Positions 38,101 to 53,100 of a stretch of DNA of 64,000 nt are shown in pieces. A model generated the notes under the pieces. The model was given only the letters and a program-made list of their open reading frames with translations, did not search any database and was not told the DNA's origin. The position numbers were made by a program, and so were the translations under genes. Source of the stretch: Lepidodermella squamata (lineage: Eukaryota; Animalia; Gastrotricha); NCBI GenBank assembly GCA_047495785.1, contig JBLDXI010000013.1, forward strand, positions 4,650,001-4,714,000, written 5' to 3'. Each line of letters starts with the position of its first letter. The stretch's first letter is position 1.

Positions 38101-41100
38101 CAATCAAAGCAGTACTAGAGTGACTCTTCAATGCCGCGGAAGTGGCATGGAGCCGCGGATTGAGTTCGACCCGACTCTGGTCACCCTAGGCCCGATCTTA
38201 CCGCACAGCTACGGCGATGAAAAGGACGTGATTATTCGAAATCCTTGCCCTTTCCCGATCGAAATCTACAACTTGGAGCATGATAAGCAATATTTGCAAG
38301 ACGAGCAAATTTTGCGCTTAGTCCGCGGCTGGGATGCGAACAGTTTGTTGCTGCTACCCCCTAGACCGGCGGGGGACCGTTTACCGAGTGAATTGCTCGA
38401 GTATTATGACGATCATTTGCGCAAGTTGAGCGATGTTGAAAAGTCTGAATTTGAAGCGGCCATGTATGGAACGGCGCCGTCTTTGCCGTCGGCTGCTGCT
38501 ACGACGGCAACAGTCGTGGTTCCGCCTGAAGGATCGCCGACTGCTGACCGCGACGACGCTTTCATTATGCCGGGTGCGAAATCGGAAAAGGCCGATGCAA
38601 GCTCTGAAGGCAAGTTTTCTTAAATTTCGAGTTTTAACCACGGAAATGAGCAATTTTCTTTTAGGAATTCTAGCCATTCAAATTTTAGGTTGTCAAGTTG
38701 AAAGTTCTAAAGTTTCAATTCTTATTTTGAATTCAATATTATTGAAAAATTTGAAATTTTAACTTTTTAAAACACGAAATTGTTGGTTCAAAAATTTGAA
38801 TTTTTTTACAATTGACCACACTTTCGAATATTGATATTTTCAAGTCGCTTTTAAGTTGTTTGTTCGTCGTGAATTGGGACATGTAAGTAACAAGACGAAT
38901 TTTGCTCTATCGAAATGGCGCGTTTCAATCGAAATTTATGTTCAAAAACATTCGGGGCTTTTTGGGGGTGAATAAAACACGGAGAAAAAGGCTGAATTTC
39001 GCAATTATTTATTTATTTATATTATTAAAATTTACAAAGTGAGTAATAATTGAGCGATTATTTACACAAGCGTTTGATTAGGAAGTAGAGAACAATGATA
39101 GCGAAGTTAACGTAAATTTTCGGAGCAACGATTCGAAAGCTGAGTTTGATTTCGTAGATTCGATTTTCGTGTTGCTGATCGTCGAAATTCGCCAATTCGT
39201 AATTGATTTCGATCGTTCGACTGATCAAGTGACCGCCTTGCCAAATTAGCGGCACATCCGGATTTAAAGCCGGGTGAAAATCATCCACAATGCGGCGAAA
39301 TTCTGCACCGATTTCTTGCAATATCTGAAAAAATTATAAATTCATAATTTGAACAAAATTATGCAAACAAATTACCTGAATTGGCGAGAATTGGCCGTCA
39401 TTCATTTTTGGTTGATGATGCGTGGTAATTAAGCTAGTTAATTTTGCGCGTTAATTAACGATGTTGCACTTGCGGCACAAATAGCAATAAATGAGCGCTT
39501 TATAGTCATTGCTTTACTCTTATGCATCCGCATATACCAAGGTATGTGAAACAATATATGTACTAATAATATCAATGTTATTAGTAATTGAATCACGTGC
39601 TAAGTGGTTAATTAGTTGAGTCTCTCGAAGCAAAATAAAAGCGGCCAGGGTGTCGTAAAACTTAACGATTTTGCGCGTCAAAGGTGCGCACCGGCTCGTA
39701 AATTAGGCGCGGTTTAATTGCCGTCCAATAAAAGTGTCGACCGCCTCACTTTTTTGTGTACTCGCTTACCTGTCGCAGGCGCCGGATCGACGGGTCGTAA
39801 ATCATTATCCGCGTTTATTGCGTTGCCAGGTGTTGCGAGGCGTCAGGTGCGCTCTTCAAGACATTGTACTCAAGTCAAGGATTATTGACCTGCCAATAAG
39901 GACTCGCAGAGAAGAATCATAAATTTCTCACTCCATTAGCCTATTTTAATAGTTTACAGATAAACAATAAAAATTGGACAACTTGTGACTGTCGTAGTCA
40001 ATAGCGATTGCCTTTTATGATGTCACCTGCAAAATTGACATTAATAGAAGGAGTCGTAAAATAGATGAGAGACTAACTCGTGAAATTGGAATTAATGATT
40101 AATTGAGACGAGAAGATATAGAAATGACGGGAAACAGGAAAGAAAAATAATTTCTGTATCAGACCGAAAAAGTCTGTAATCAACTCGGACTTTCAAGACA
40201 GATGTAGTTATAGCGTGTCCCATAACTAACGCTAGCAAAGATGGTACACGGAAAAGGGTTCAGAAACTAAAATGAGAAAGGAATGGCCAGAAAAATTCGA
40301 AAAATTCAAAAAATCACGAGAACAGTAATCAATTATGTCACGTTTTGGGATTAAAAAAAGTCAGGAGAAATTGGGTCCAACCGGGTAAAATACCGAAAAT
40401 TACCGAACCTATTACCGTCGGGGGTTTCCAGGTTTTCTTCGGTATTTTCGGTATTTCTTCGGTTAAATCGCGATAATATTCTCGTGGTAGGTTTAATTTA
40501 AAATAATTAGTTGAATTTCCAAATTTAAAAAGTTGTTGCGCTACTTCTGGGACACGCTCTGTATTAACGTTATAGGTATTGAAGAGTAAAAATGTTTGGA
40601 AATTTGTTAATAATTCTGAGTCCTTTTCGACAAAAGATGAAGTATTTTTTTAATACCTAGAAATTTCCATTTTAAAATTCAGAATAAAAATGGTCAGCCA
40701 AACTGATTAATTTTTTTCGATTTTATTTATTGCCGGTATTACTCTCTAAAAATCTTATTTTTCTACTTACAGAAGTCATGAAAGACGTTGGCGAGTTGGA
40801 ACTGACCCCAGTAACGCGATCGATCGCGCGTTACCTTGGCATCGACCTGTCACCGGAAGGCCGAACGGCCCGAAACCGGCGCGGCATAACCATCGTAATC
40901 AACGGCCCGCCAAAATCCGGCAGGTCAACCCTGGCGCAACAGCTAGCCGCCAACTACAACGGCGCGTTGCTAACAATCGACGGCGTTGTGACGGAAGCAA
41001 TCATCCGTGGCACAACCCCCGCGGCCATTCGAGCCCGTGAAATGTGCCAGGAGGCGGCTAGGCGGCGATTGGAGGAAATTCGTGCCGCTGAAGAGGCCGC

Positions 41101-44100
41101 GCAACAAGCCGCGATGCTAGCCGAGGGTGTTTTATTACCCCCTGGCCTGCCCGGTCAGAGTAAGGACGCCAATCTCGGCCACGGCCACGGCAACCTGCGA
41201 AAACCGTCCAGTTTAGCCGATCAGCGAAAACCAGCCCGTGGCGGCCAGCAACAGGCGCAACAAGCTCAACAAGCCCAACAGGCTGAGCAGCAGATCATTC
41301 AAGCCAGCGCCTTTGCCCCCGAGCCGCGTTTTCTCGATGTCCCATCCGAGGTTGGCGGCGATTCTGGCCTGATGTCCGTTATTCTACCCGAAGATATGCT
41401 GATCGATATTTTGAGCGAGCGATTTCAGAGCGTTGATTGCTACGAAGGCATGATTATCGATAGTTTGGACACCCTGTTTCTGCCGACTCCTCTCCACGCC
41501 AGCCTATGCATTCTCAAGGCCTTGAATAATCGCAAATATCTGTATTTTGTCACGCTGAAGTTGGACATGTTGACGCTGAAAGAACGCGAGCGAAAGGTCA
41601 AAGAAGAACAAGGTAATAATTTATCAATTATTTAAAAAAAATTATTGAATTTTGAAATTTGAAATTGTATTCAAAAAATATTAATTTCAAAATTTTTCAA
41701 AATACCGAATTTTATCAACATTTTTCGATTATTTTATAGAAAAATTGGATAAGGAACGCGAAGAACTGGAGCGAAAATGGCTTGATGAAATGGATGAAGA
41801 GGAGTATGAATTGTTGACTCCAGAAAAACGAGCCGAAGTCGACTATAAGCGGCTGTGTATCAAACGTGAGCGAATGCAACGTGAGCGTGAAGCTGCTGAA
41901 ATCGAACGGCAAAAGCGTGAGGCCTTGGAGGCCGAGCAACGGCGACTCGAAGAAGAAAGGTTTGAAAATTTATAAAACAAAATTTTAAAATGCGATTAAA
42001 ATCTCATTATAAAATCGACATCTGATAGAGATGACAGCAGGCAAGTGACGCATTTCTCTTTCAGTTGACATGAATTTTTATTTCGGATTTTTGAAATCAC
42101 CATCTCATTTACTGCTTGAAATGTTCAATAATTTGTTTTCTAACCCTGATCCTCCTTTCAATAAACGAAATTTCCGATGATTTTTAGAAATGCCAAGAAG
42201 AAGAAAAAGCCCGGAGAAATTGCGGCTAAGGACCCGAAAGCAGGAGCCGCTGCACCCGGAGCACCCGGCGCCAAGAAACCCGGCGAGCCCCCGGCTAAGG
42301 ACGCAAAAGATCCGAAAGATCCGAAAGAAAAGGACAAAGATAACCGCGATAGCAAGGCTGGTAAGCGAGACGAGCCGCCCAAAGCTCCCCCAGGAGTCAC
42401 CCTGACGAAACCTGGAGAGCCTCTGAAGGGCCAGCTCTCCGTTCAACCGGGTGCCACGCCGGGTACTGATAAACTCCAGATACCAGGTGCGTCGGAGGAA
42501 GATGATAAGAAGAAGAAGAAACCAGTCCCTGGTAAGGGTGAAGAGGCCGCTGTGGTAATGGGTGACCAGGCGCCCCCAGTCCCGGAGCCACCGAGCCCAG
42601 CCGAACAGGCGCTGATCGCCCGATTCCGGTGTTTCGACCACTTTCTGCCTGAAATTTGCGACTTACTCGACCAATGGGATAGGTCGACTTTGACAGCCAT
42701 CCATATGGTCCCAACTATGGACGGCGATCACGACCACCCGCCATCAGCCGCTCAACCTGTCCGGCGTAACAAAGGTGGCCGGCAAGACCCGAAGGAAAAA
42801 GATTCCAAAGAAAAAGAGAAAGAAAAGGACAAAGACAAGGATAAGGATAAGGACAAGCATGACAAGCATCGCGGTACCGGGGCTAATACCACAGCTGATC
42901 AAGCCGCCTCAGTTGCCGATCGCCAACATGCAGAGGTAAGTAACACATTTTTTGACCTGGATATAGACAATTGCTAAAAAAATCGCTATTAATCATAAAA
43001 AAATTCGAAAAAATACAAAATGTCAGAAATTAGGTCATTTTTTTATGATTGATAGCGATCATCACAAACCAGTTTGCCGTTAATTTTAATATTTCATTTT
43101 GTTTTCATTTACAAGCTTGAAATACCAAAGTTGCCTAAACGGCGTCAAAGTGTGATGTCCGTAGAAAATCCGCTTTCTTATAGAACGGTTTTACCCTCAC
43201 CCGTAATAACGGTATAATACCTATATTTGATGATTTTTTAAAAATATTAGTCCGGCGTGCTTACATTATACTATGGATTTTTATTAGTCTATTTACAAAA
43301 ATTTCGCACGTATTTGTCTGCTTTTACCTGTACTTTTTACAAGCTTTTTGGATCTCATGTCTTTGGATCTGGATTGAACCTGCAACTTTGTGTGCTTTAA
43401 AAACTAATTTTTCATTTTTTAATTGATTTTTTTTTTATTTTTTCCCACAGAGCCGTATTGATGACTACAACGAGGCTAGTAAATCGAGTAGCCAGCATAC
43501 TGAAATTGGAGTACCTAATGTGGTACTCGATTGCGGCCTCGAGCCTCACCCAACGGTTGAAAAAGTGACAACGGCCGGTAAAATGCCGACCCGCCAGGAA
43601 ATTTTGGACGGCCTCGGAATCGGAAATAAAGGCCCTCCCATCCCACCACCTGTTGTCCTGAGCGTGGTGAATTATCCTATCAAACGAAAACCGCCACCAG
43701 CTGAGTTCGATCTGCACTACACCTTTGTCCAAATTCCGGGTATGCCTGGTTCGGATTTGACCCTGGATGCCGAGGGTCGGGGGTCAGATTCGGTTAGCAT
43801 GGCGGCTACTGAAGCGCCAACTGCGCCTTCAACTCCGCCGAAATCGCGCCGAGAAACTGCGAAGGATAAGGAAAAGAAGGGCAAAGATGATAAGGAGGAA
43901 AAAGTAAAAACTGGCAAGTCCGATAAAGATTCGACCAAATCAGGCGATACTAAGGACAGCAAGAAAGGTTCGATTTCTTTTTAATTGATTTTTTTTTGTT
44001 TATGAAATTATTTATCGGGAAGGCTATACAGCTGTTTCGCATTCATCTTCGCTGACGTCGATTGAGACGTCAGCAGATGAAGCAGGTAAAAATAATTGTA

Positions 44101-47100
44101 TAAGAAGCAGATGGCATGAAAATTACTCACCCGCATGAAATTTTAGAAAAATCACGGAAAATTCAGAAAAAACTCGGCATTTTCCCCCTTTCATAAAAAT
44201 TGAAAAATTCGAGAAAACACAGTACCTGTAACTTGCATGAATTTTTATTAATTATTTGTGAATACATTTAATTTATTTTTCAATTCATTTATTTTAGGAA
44301 CAACTTCAACCGGGGCTGCTGCTGCGGGTAAGAAAGCCCGAGGAAGGGCGACTACCGTCTCGCCCCCACCTGGAGCTGATGGCGCCGATGGTACTATGAC
44401 TGGTGATTTGGAGGGCGGTGGAAATCGCGGTATCCCTGTCACAAATTTCAGGTGGATCATTCCGCCAAAAGGCGAAGCTGTGATGCGGTAAGTAAAGCCT
44501 AAAATGGTCAGAATTAGGAAAAAAAATGAATTAAATCGGAAATTTCAATTTTGAGTTTGTTCTTCGGAATTTGAAAATTTGAAAATCGAAACTTCAAAAT
44601 TCGAATTTAAATTATTGACATTTTTTTGATTGCTTTGAAAAATTCGGAAAATTGACAATTCAATTTTTTTAAATTTAAAAATTGATCTAATAATTCTATA
44701 AAATTTGTATTTTTTCTTCAGAATTCACTTCCATAGCGATGACACTGGCCAATTCGATCAAGTCTACAATTTCGAAATCATGGGCACATCCCGTAAATAC
44801 CAGCTATTCTTACGCGGAATCGCCTGTTTCCCAAGCATCTGCAAAGAACCACGCGTTCTATTCCCGAATCGCAAAAAGAACCGCGCCAAGGACGAAATCG
44901 TGTGTAAAAAGTACGTCATACAGGAGGAGCTATTCGACTTTGGCCCGTTGCTGATCGGTAAATCGCGCGATGGCTTCAAAGACGCAAGCCGTTTCCCTGA
45001 AAACAGTTCAACTTTCGTCATCATGAACAACAAATCAATCGACGCCGAATGTACTTTCTGCTTCTTAAACGACGCTAAGGGCGATATTTTCCTATTAAAT
45101 CCGCCTCAAATGACGTTGAAGCCGAACGAGCAGCAAGAGTTGAAGGTATGGGCCTTCCCGAGAACAGTCGGTGAATTTGAGGACACCCTGGTTTGCTGTG
45201 TCCGGGAGAACCCGGAGCCTGTTACGTGGAAGCTGCGCTGCTTTGGCGCTAGGCCTGAGCTAGAATTGGACAAGAAATTGCTGGCGTTCGAGAAAATTCT
45301 ACTTTTCCGAAAGGAGACAAAATCAGTCACCCTGCGTAATAAAACCTTGATACCAGTCGCGTGGAGGTTAACCGGCCTCGACGCCCTGGGTGACGATTTT
45401 TCAGTCGCCTCAGACTCCGGAATCATCCAGCCGCGATCTGAATACCAGCTTCATTTGCATTTCAAAGCATCCCGCCCTGTTATTTTACAGAAAAAGTACA
45501 TCCGCATCGAAATCTCTGATGCGGAAAACGTACTCGGCGTCATCCAAACCGAGTCGATTCAGGTCCAGGCCGAGTGTTACGACGTAGCCCTGGATTTGAT
45601 GTTCCCGAAAGAGCGGGGCGGTCAAGATTACTTGGATTTCGGGACGCTGCGGGTCAATGCGGAAGACAAGCAGCAGTTGACGTTGAAAAATCGCGGAAAA
45701 TACGAATTTCAGGTCCTTTTCGACCTAGTTCAACCCGAGGGCGTTAAAATGCCTGATGTTAAATCGCTGTTCCAAATCATCCCAGCGCATGAAACACTAC
45801 CGGCAACGGCTTCGAAGACAATAACCGTTGTTTTCTGCCCGAAACAAGAGGTCAAAATTTTGGATGCGCCGATAATTAAATGCTACATCAAGGAGCCAAG
45901 TCAACCGGAACAGAGCCAGAAAATCGGTGAAATTACGATCAAAGTCTCAGGCCGGTCGCTTTACTCGAAATACCGCCTAACCCCATCGACTGATATCAAT
46001 TTTGGCACGTTGTTGGTCAACGCAAGGAAATCAACGAAATTCACGATTGAAAATACGGGCGAATTCGAGTTTAAATACACGATTTTTTCGGTGTCGCCCA
46101 AGGCGCCGGCTGATGCGAATAAACAGGCGGCGAATGCGGCGCAAAAAGCTGGCCGGGGCCTGGCGTCGCGTGTTTCGTCGCGAAGTATCAAAGATGGAAC
46201 GGTGACTGGCAGTGTTCAGGCGATTGATAAGTCGCAGTTGATAACTCAGACGAGATTGGCCGTGGATATGTTCACGATTGCGCCTGGTTTCACGTCGACG
46301 CCGATTCCGCCGAATTCTTACCAGGAAATCACTGTCGAGTGCCTGGCTGACCGGGAGGGAAAATCTGAAACGGTTTGTGCTGCTTGAATTTTAAAATGGC
46401 AAATTCATTTTGATTAGTGAAGTCATCATTCATAGTTGTAGCCGGTTTAAATTGAATTAGCTTGACGCTCAACATTGGAAAGAAGCATCAGATCGCTCTT
46501 GTGATGAATGTGATCTTTGCTGATTTTGAGTCATGGATACCTTGAATGGTTTCCACCTTTTTTCGACAATCTCTGTAAATTTCGCGCAAACTTGAACGCG
46601 GTAAATTTCACTTTACGAGATGCACACGGCAAGCATTTTACTGAAATACTATATTCACTCGGATCATAGGTCATAGGTATATTGAATATTTCCCAACACC
46701 ATCAAACATGATAAGCTTGGCGAAAATTCCTGACTCTAAAACCCCACTCTGGTTTCCTCAAAGCGAGAGTTAATAGCCGTACTCATTATTTCATGCAAGG
46801 CTTGCTCCATATTTAACGGCCTCCTTTAATGTTTCCTTTAATGGCCAACTGGGGGTTATCAGGGCTACCGTCGAGTAAGAGACGGGCTGAGGGTTCCTCG
46901 AGTGAGAGCCTTGCAGAGGGTTCATCGATCGAGAGACGGGCAGTGGGTTCCTCGAGTGAGAGCCTTGCAGAGGGTGCATTCCAAGCGGCCCGGATGGAGC
47001 TTGCTGGATTAGCGCTCCACACTGCTACTGCTGCCTGAGAGTATCAAGTAGTTTTTGCATTCGAACTGAGCCCTATCAGCTAAAGAAACTTACTATAAGC

Positions 47101-50100
47101 AGCATTGCATCCAAGACCTTGTTCATTCTACTAGAAGTGGGTAAACGGGAAATAATATTTTAGATAATGAAGCATGCATAGCATACCTCCTAATTTATAG
47201 GCCGAGCCGATTCAACTTTGCATCTGTATAAACTTTTCAGATATCTCCCGTGAAATTCACGTTTCGTTCATGTGAAATCAACAAGGGGTGAAACGGAAGG
47301 CTTAGCGTCAGTTAGCATACTATTTACATTTTACATTGTCAAATTATCTGACGCAAAACAATTCTCTTGACCTTTTCGAACTCAAAATAATTGCTGTAAA
47401 ACAAATTCTTCTTAATTATTTAAGTGCATGTAAATTATATACGAAAATTAGAAATATAATGATCATGCTTATAACATTTTCTCAAAATTTTGAGCGTTTA
47501 CTTCCGTTATCATACGGCTCCTTTCAATGTTTACTCAAGATTCTTGTAAAAAATTTCTTCCTGACTAGAAACGTTCTACTTGCGTTGCTTATGCGCGTTT
47601 TTCGCACTGAGAAGCGCGATATATTTCGCCTCTGTTAACCCAGCTCCTTTCAATATTTACTTAAGGGTCTGATAATACATCCGCTGTAAGTCTCTGCCGT
47701 TGATGACAATATGCTTATGCATGTACAAAATTGATAATTAAATTAATTTTTAATTGTGAACTTTGAACTTAGACAATTTTTTCCATTTCAGACCCTCCTG
47801 ATCGAGATAACCGACCGCGACCCTGGCAACAACCCCGGCGGTATCCCGTACCGCCTCGTTGCCGAAGGCTGTGCGCCAACCATCAACAATTCCGACTACC
47901 GGGACGTTTTCGAAGAGCACACAATCATCAAAAGCATCATGGGCTGGCAGAGCCTACTGCGGCCGCACATGGGCCTCGCCGAGTTCGTCGGCGGCGTGTT
48001 CGGCGAGAGCGAGAAACGCTTCGTATTCCCGCCGGTTCTCGTCTCGAAACGCGCGACAGCTCGGTTCAAGCTATCAAACAACAGCCGAGTGCCGTCAGAC
48101 ATCGCCATCGCAGTTCGGCCGGTCTCAATGACGCAAACCACGTCGTCGAAGCACAGTCAGGCCGCCGCAGCCGCTGCCGCGAAAATCGTCGATGTTTTCG
48201 ACGTCTCCCCCGCCCGGGCTCAGATCCCACCGAAAGGCAGCGTCTACGTCGACGTTTCATTCAGCCCAGCGGCTATTCATCAGTACATGGCTGTGTTCGA
48301 GGCGGGTCTCGAGGGGGCGAATGCCGCTAAATCCGTCCCACTTAAATTCGATATAATGGGCGAAGGTCACCTGCCGCGAGTCTCAGTGATAAAACCGACG
48401 ATTTTGAATAAACGAGGCCAACCCGCCTTAATTTTCCGCCGGACGCTGCTAGGGTGTTCAGACGAGGCGACGTTCGAGTTGTCTAACGACGGGACTCTAC
48501 CATCGAAAGTCACGATCGATATAACCGACCCAGTCTCGTGTTTCCGGGTCGAATCCCTCCAACCGACCCCGTTGGAAATTACCGAAATCACCGATGATTC
48601 ACCCCCAGTTACAGCCCTGAAGACTAAAGCGATAACTGAGACAGTCTTAGTCGGAAAAACAGCGTTGTATAAGGTGATTTTCTCGCCAACCAGCGCTGTT
48701 CGTTCGATAGGCGGGGTGCGAATTCGTGTTGAAGATAACCCGTACGAAGACACGGTTATCCAGCTGATCGGCGAGTCCTACGACGAGCCGGTTTCACTCG
48801 CGAATGTTCGCAGCGCCCTAGGCATCACCGACGCGCCGCCGCCCCCGCCGCCGCCACCTGCGCCGGGTGATAAAAACGCCGCGGCGGCGGCTGCGGCAGC
48901 GAACCAGGCCAACTCGGCGCTGCGTGAAATCGACGAGCGTTCGGAGCCTGTCCGGAACCAGGTCATGAATTTCGGCGACACAAAACTCAACGAACCGTCG
49001 ACTCTAACGTTTGATATCGTCAACAAATCTGACCAGTTCATTCGATTCGTCTGCCCGGACCATCCGCATTTGAAATTTTCGCCCCATATCGGGCATATTG
49101 CGCCGAAAAAATCGAAAGAAATCAGCGTGACGCTGTACGTCGAACAGCCGGTCACGCATCGTGAGGTCGTAGTACCGATCAAATTTTCGCGAATTGTCCC
49201 CGAAAATGCGGACTTGTCGCTAGATTGGGATGATAAGAAAAAGCTGGTTCGCTGGGTCGAATCAACCGCGGCCCGGGTCCCGGGTGCGAAGCGTAAGGTC
49301 ACCGAAGCGGAACCTGAACCGCCGTACAGCGACGTACCTGAGAGTAATAAAAACCTTGACCTCCGCGTATCGGCTATCGTCCAATACGCGAAAATTAAGT
49401 GTGAGACGAAGCAGATTCATTTCAAGGACACCCTGATGTTCCAAACCCGGGTTGTTGAGGTCAAGGTGTCTAATGCGGGTGACGTGCGGGCGCATTACAA
49501 CTGGGTACTTGACCTACCCTCCCGGCCAGCTACCGACCCGGCTGAGATAATGCCAATGTCGCGACCTGTGACCCCGAGTATCATGACCCCGCGACCTTTC
49601 AGCGGAAATCGGTTCTTTTTAGACGTCAACGGAGCTGCGGCGATTGAGACACCCTGGACGGCTCTTGACATGTCGACACCTTCGTATGACCCGTTTGTTG
49701 TCGAACCACCGTTCGGGAGTATTGAACCGAATCAGAGCCAGGTGTTTAAAATCAAATTCGCCCCGCTTGACCTGGGCGATATTTCCGGAAATATCCAACT
49801 CCATGTGTCAAACGCGAATCCTGAAAACAGAATTTTCCACACTATCGCGGTTAAGGCGAGGAGTTTACTGCCGTGGTGTCACTTCGAGTTACCAGATTCT
49901 GAGTATTTAGTCAAGCGGAACGTTGAGCTACCCGGGCCCCAGGGTCGACCGCCCGGCACCAAGCTGGACCCTAACACCCGGGCGATTGAGTTCAGCGTAG
50001 TCGGGGTCGGACTTACTACAACGAAAATTTTCTCGGTTTTGAACCCGACGAATAAACGGTACCACTTCGAATGGGTCAACGACGATATGGATGACCCGAA

Positions 50101-53100
50101 ACGGGTGCCTTGTGTCACCTGCCGCACCCCACATGGCATCATCGGGCCGGGTGAAAAGGTCCATATGCAGTTCGATTTCGTGTCGAATGGCATTGGGCTA
50201 TTTGAATCTTTCTGGAACTTCGCGATTCGGGAATTGAACATCATTGTCCCGTTCGTAGTCGTGGGTGAGGTCGCGGATCCTCGGGTGATTTTCGCTCAGA
50301 CCCAGGTTAACTTCAAAAACATGTTGGTCGGTTATGAGGCGAATGAAACCGTTGAATTGGTCAATATGGAAACCGCCCCGTTGGCTTTCACCGTCGATCC
50401 GAATACTGTCTTCACGCAAGGCTTCGCTGCGAAATTGGAGGTCGACCCCATGAGTGGGACGATCCCGGGCAAGGGTGTTGTGCCGATCAGGGTGACGTAT
50501 CGCCCGGCATCTGAAATGGCGGTCAACTTCAATGTTTCGGTGAAAATCGAGCATAAAGTTATGCCGGTCACGCTCAATGTTAAAGCTGAAGGCTTCACGA
50601 TGCATGCGCTCGCGGCGGTTATCGATAATGCTGGAAATCGAACCGAACTCACGACGAAAGGCATCACTCAGGTCTGAAATTTTTCCAAAATATTTCTTTA
50701 AATTTTTTAGAATTTAATTTAATTTTAAATTTTAAATTTTGAATTTCAATTTATTTTCAAAAATTATCCGAAAAGAAATTTTAAATTTTCCTAGAACTTT
50801 GAGACAATTTTCAAATTTTTGGAGAAATTTTCATTAATTTTTGGAAATGTAATTTTTTTATAACTTTCTAGGTCAATTTTATGGAAGTTCAAATCAACGA
50901 GAAGGCCGTTCGAACCGTTTCGATCGTCAACAACGGAAAATTCAACTTCGCCTACCGCTGGGACACGAATTTCCCGAAAGTTTTCGCCGACGCCCTCACA
51001 GTTGAGCCCGCCGAGGGCATTATTCTAGCCCAGGGCAAGGGCGAGTGTCTCGTCAAATTTTGCCCGCGCCAGAAAATGGCCCTTCAAAAATGCGAAGCGC
51101 GCCTCGTTGTAGTCGACGGGCCGTCATTTGGCGTTCACTTCAGCGGATCAGCCCGCGAGCCCGGGCTCCACTTTTCGTTCATCGAACACGATTTCGGACC
51201 GTCCTTCGTGTTCAAACCCGGCCTTCCGCCTAAAACAGCCACGTTGACAATCACAAATCGCGATCAACGTGAGCATAGCCTCGAATGCCTCTACCAAACG
51301 ACACCGCATTTGGTACATAACATGGAGCAAGTCTACCTGGTAAAACCCGACCAAACGGTAGATATCGTTTTCAACTTCTACCCGCGCGAGGTTAGGAAGT
51401 ACACGGAGAAAATTGTCTTTGAAATGAACGGAATCAGCCAGCAAGTTGTGACCATCCGCGGCTCGGGCAGTGAGTTCAGCCTAGTCTGCGCCAACCCGAA
51501 GCAACGCCTCGTCAAATTAGGCGCGCTTAAAACCGGCGATTCAGTCAAGCGTGTCGTTCCGATAATCAATCAAACTTCGGTTGATTTGAAGTTTAAACTC
51601 AATCTAATCCCATCTAACGCGTTGTTGAAGAATTATTTGAGCCTAGACACGAAGAGTAAGAGCCTAGAGTTGGTTTTGAAGCCTCGCGAACAGCATAACG
51701 TTGAGGTTTCATTCTCGCCGCATAGCAGGGTGCCTCAATTTACGGAAGAGGTCGTGGCTGAGTGCATCGGAATCACGCAGCCGATTTTCGCCGTAACCGG
51801 GTGTTGCCAGGCTGTTGAAGTCTCGCTAGACATGGAGTACATTTCATTCGGCGCTGTGGTACTAAGATCCCAAGCTTCGCGGCGTGTCCTAATGCAGAAT
51901 AACGGCGATATCGGGGCGAAATTTGAATGGGAACAGGGAAAATTCTCGCCGAATTTTACCATGTCGCCCATGTCCGGGTATTTGACCCCGGGTATGTCTG
52001 TTGAGTTGGAAGTCACCTACCACCCGACTTCAACCACCTTGGAATGCCGAGTTGATAAGGCGAAGTGTATCGTCGAAGGTATGAAAAAGCCGTTGTCTAT
52101 GACGCTAACTGGTAGTTGCGTTCAAATGCCTGTCCCTCAACGTGAATCTATCCATTTTTCGACGGTTGTTCGACAAAAGGAGACTAAGCCGTTGCTAATC
52201 GGAAACCGGACCAATCAACTATGGACGCTGAGGCCTGTTATCGAGGGTGAGTACTTCAGCGGCCCGGAGCTGGTGGTTGTCGAGCCGCAGCAGAATAAGT
52301 CGTTTGAAGTCAGCTATCAGCCGCTGACCATGACAACCGAGGGCAAGAAGCATACCGGGTCGATATTTTTCGCCACCCCAGACGGCCAGGGTCTGTTGTA
52401 CACCGTTACCGGGTCGGCTGATCCGCCTAAGGTGTCTGGTCGGATCCAGCGGGAGGTTCCGTTCAAAACTCAATATGTCGAAGTGCTGCAGGTTGAGAAT
52501 TGGTTGAAGCGGCCGCAGAGGTTTAAGATGAAGATGGAACCGATAAAGCCGGATAAATTGGACCCGGGTACGACAATCAAGGGCTTGGACTACATCGATG
52601 TGCCGGGTCTGGTGAAGAAGGACTACCGTCTCACGTTTTTCGCGTACAAGGAAGCGACTTACCTGGTCAAGGTAAGCGCAATTATTCTGAATTTTACGAT
52701 TTGTTAAGGTCTAAAATTGAGCAAAATGAGAAATCCAACATGCATTGGATTGAATTAAACATGTAGAAAATAAAAAATCAAAAGGATTCAAAAAAGGATC
52801 AATCTAGGATTTAAGTCACACTCGTTATCGGGATTCCAAAATTAGATCAAAGAGATCAAAAATAGCGAACTTGTCTTAATTTTTGAAAAATCGATGAATT
52901 TTCAGCAGATATTAAATGGAACAGAAACAAGAAAATGTGAAAATTTGGGAAAAATTCCAATTATTCCTAAAAATTACGCCAACATTTGGGATTTTCATAA
53001 AAATTTTCAAATTTCGAACTTTTCAAATAAATTTAATTGAATGTTTAATCCTATGATGTTGCAGCTAAAAAATGTCTAAATTTTCCTCTAGAAATATTTT

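Noticed and set aside
44042-44081. Short hairpin ttcatcttcgctgacgtc-gattga-gacgtcagcagatgaa in a HYDIN intron
   Set aside because: It is too short for a pre-miRNA and has no other supporting context.
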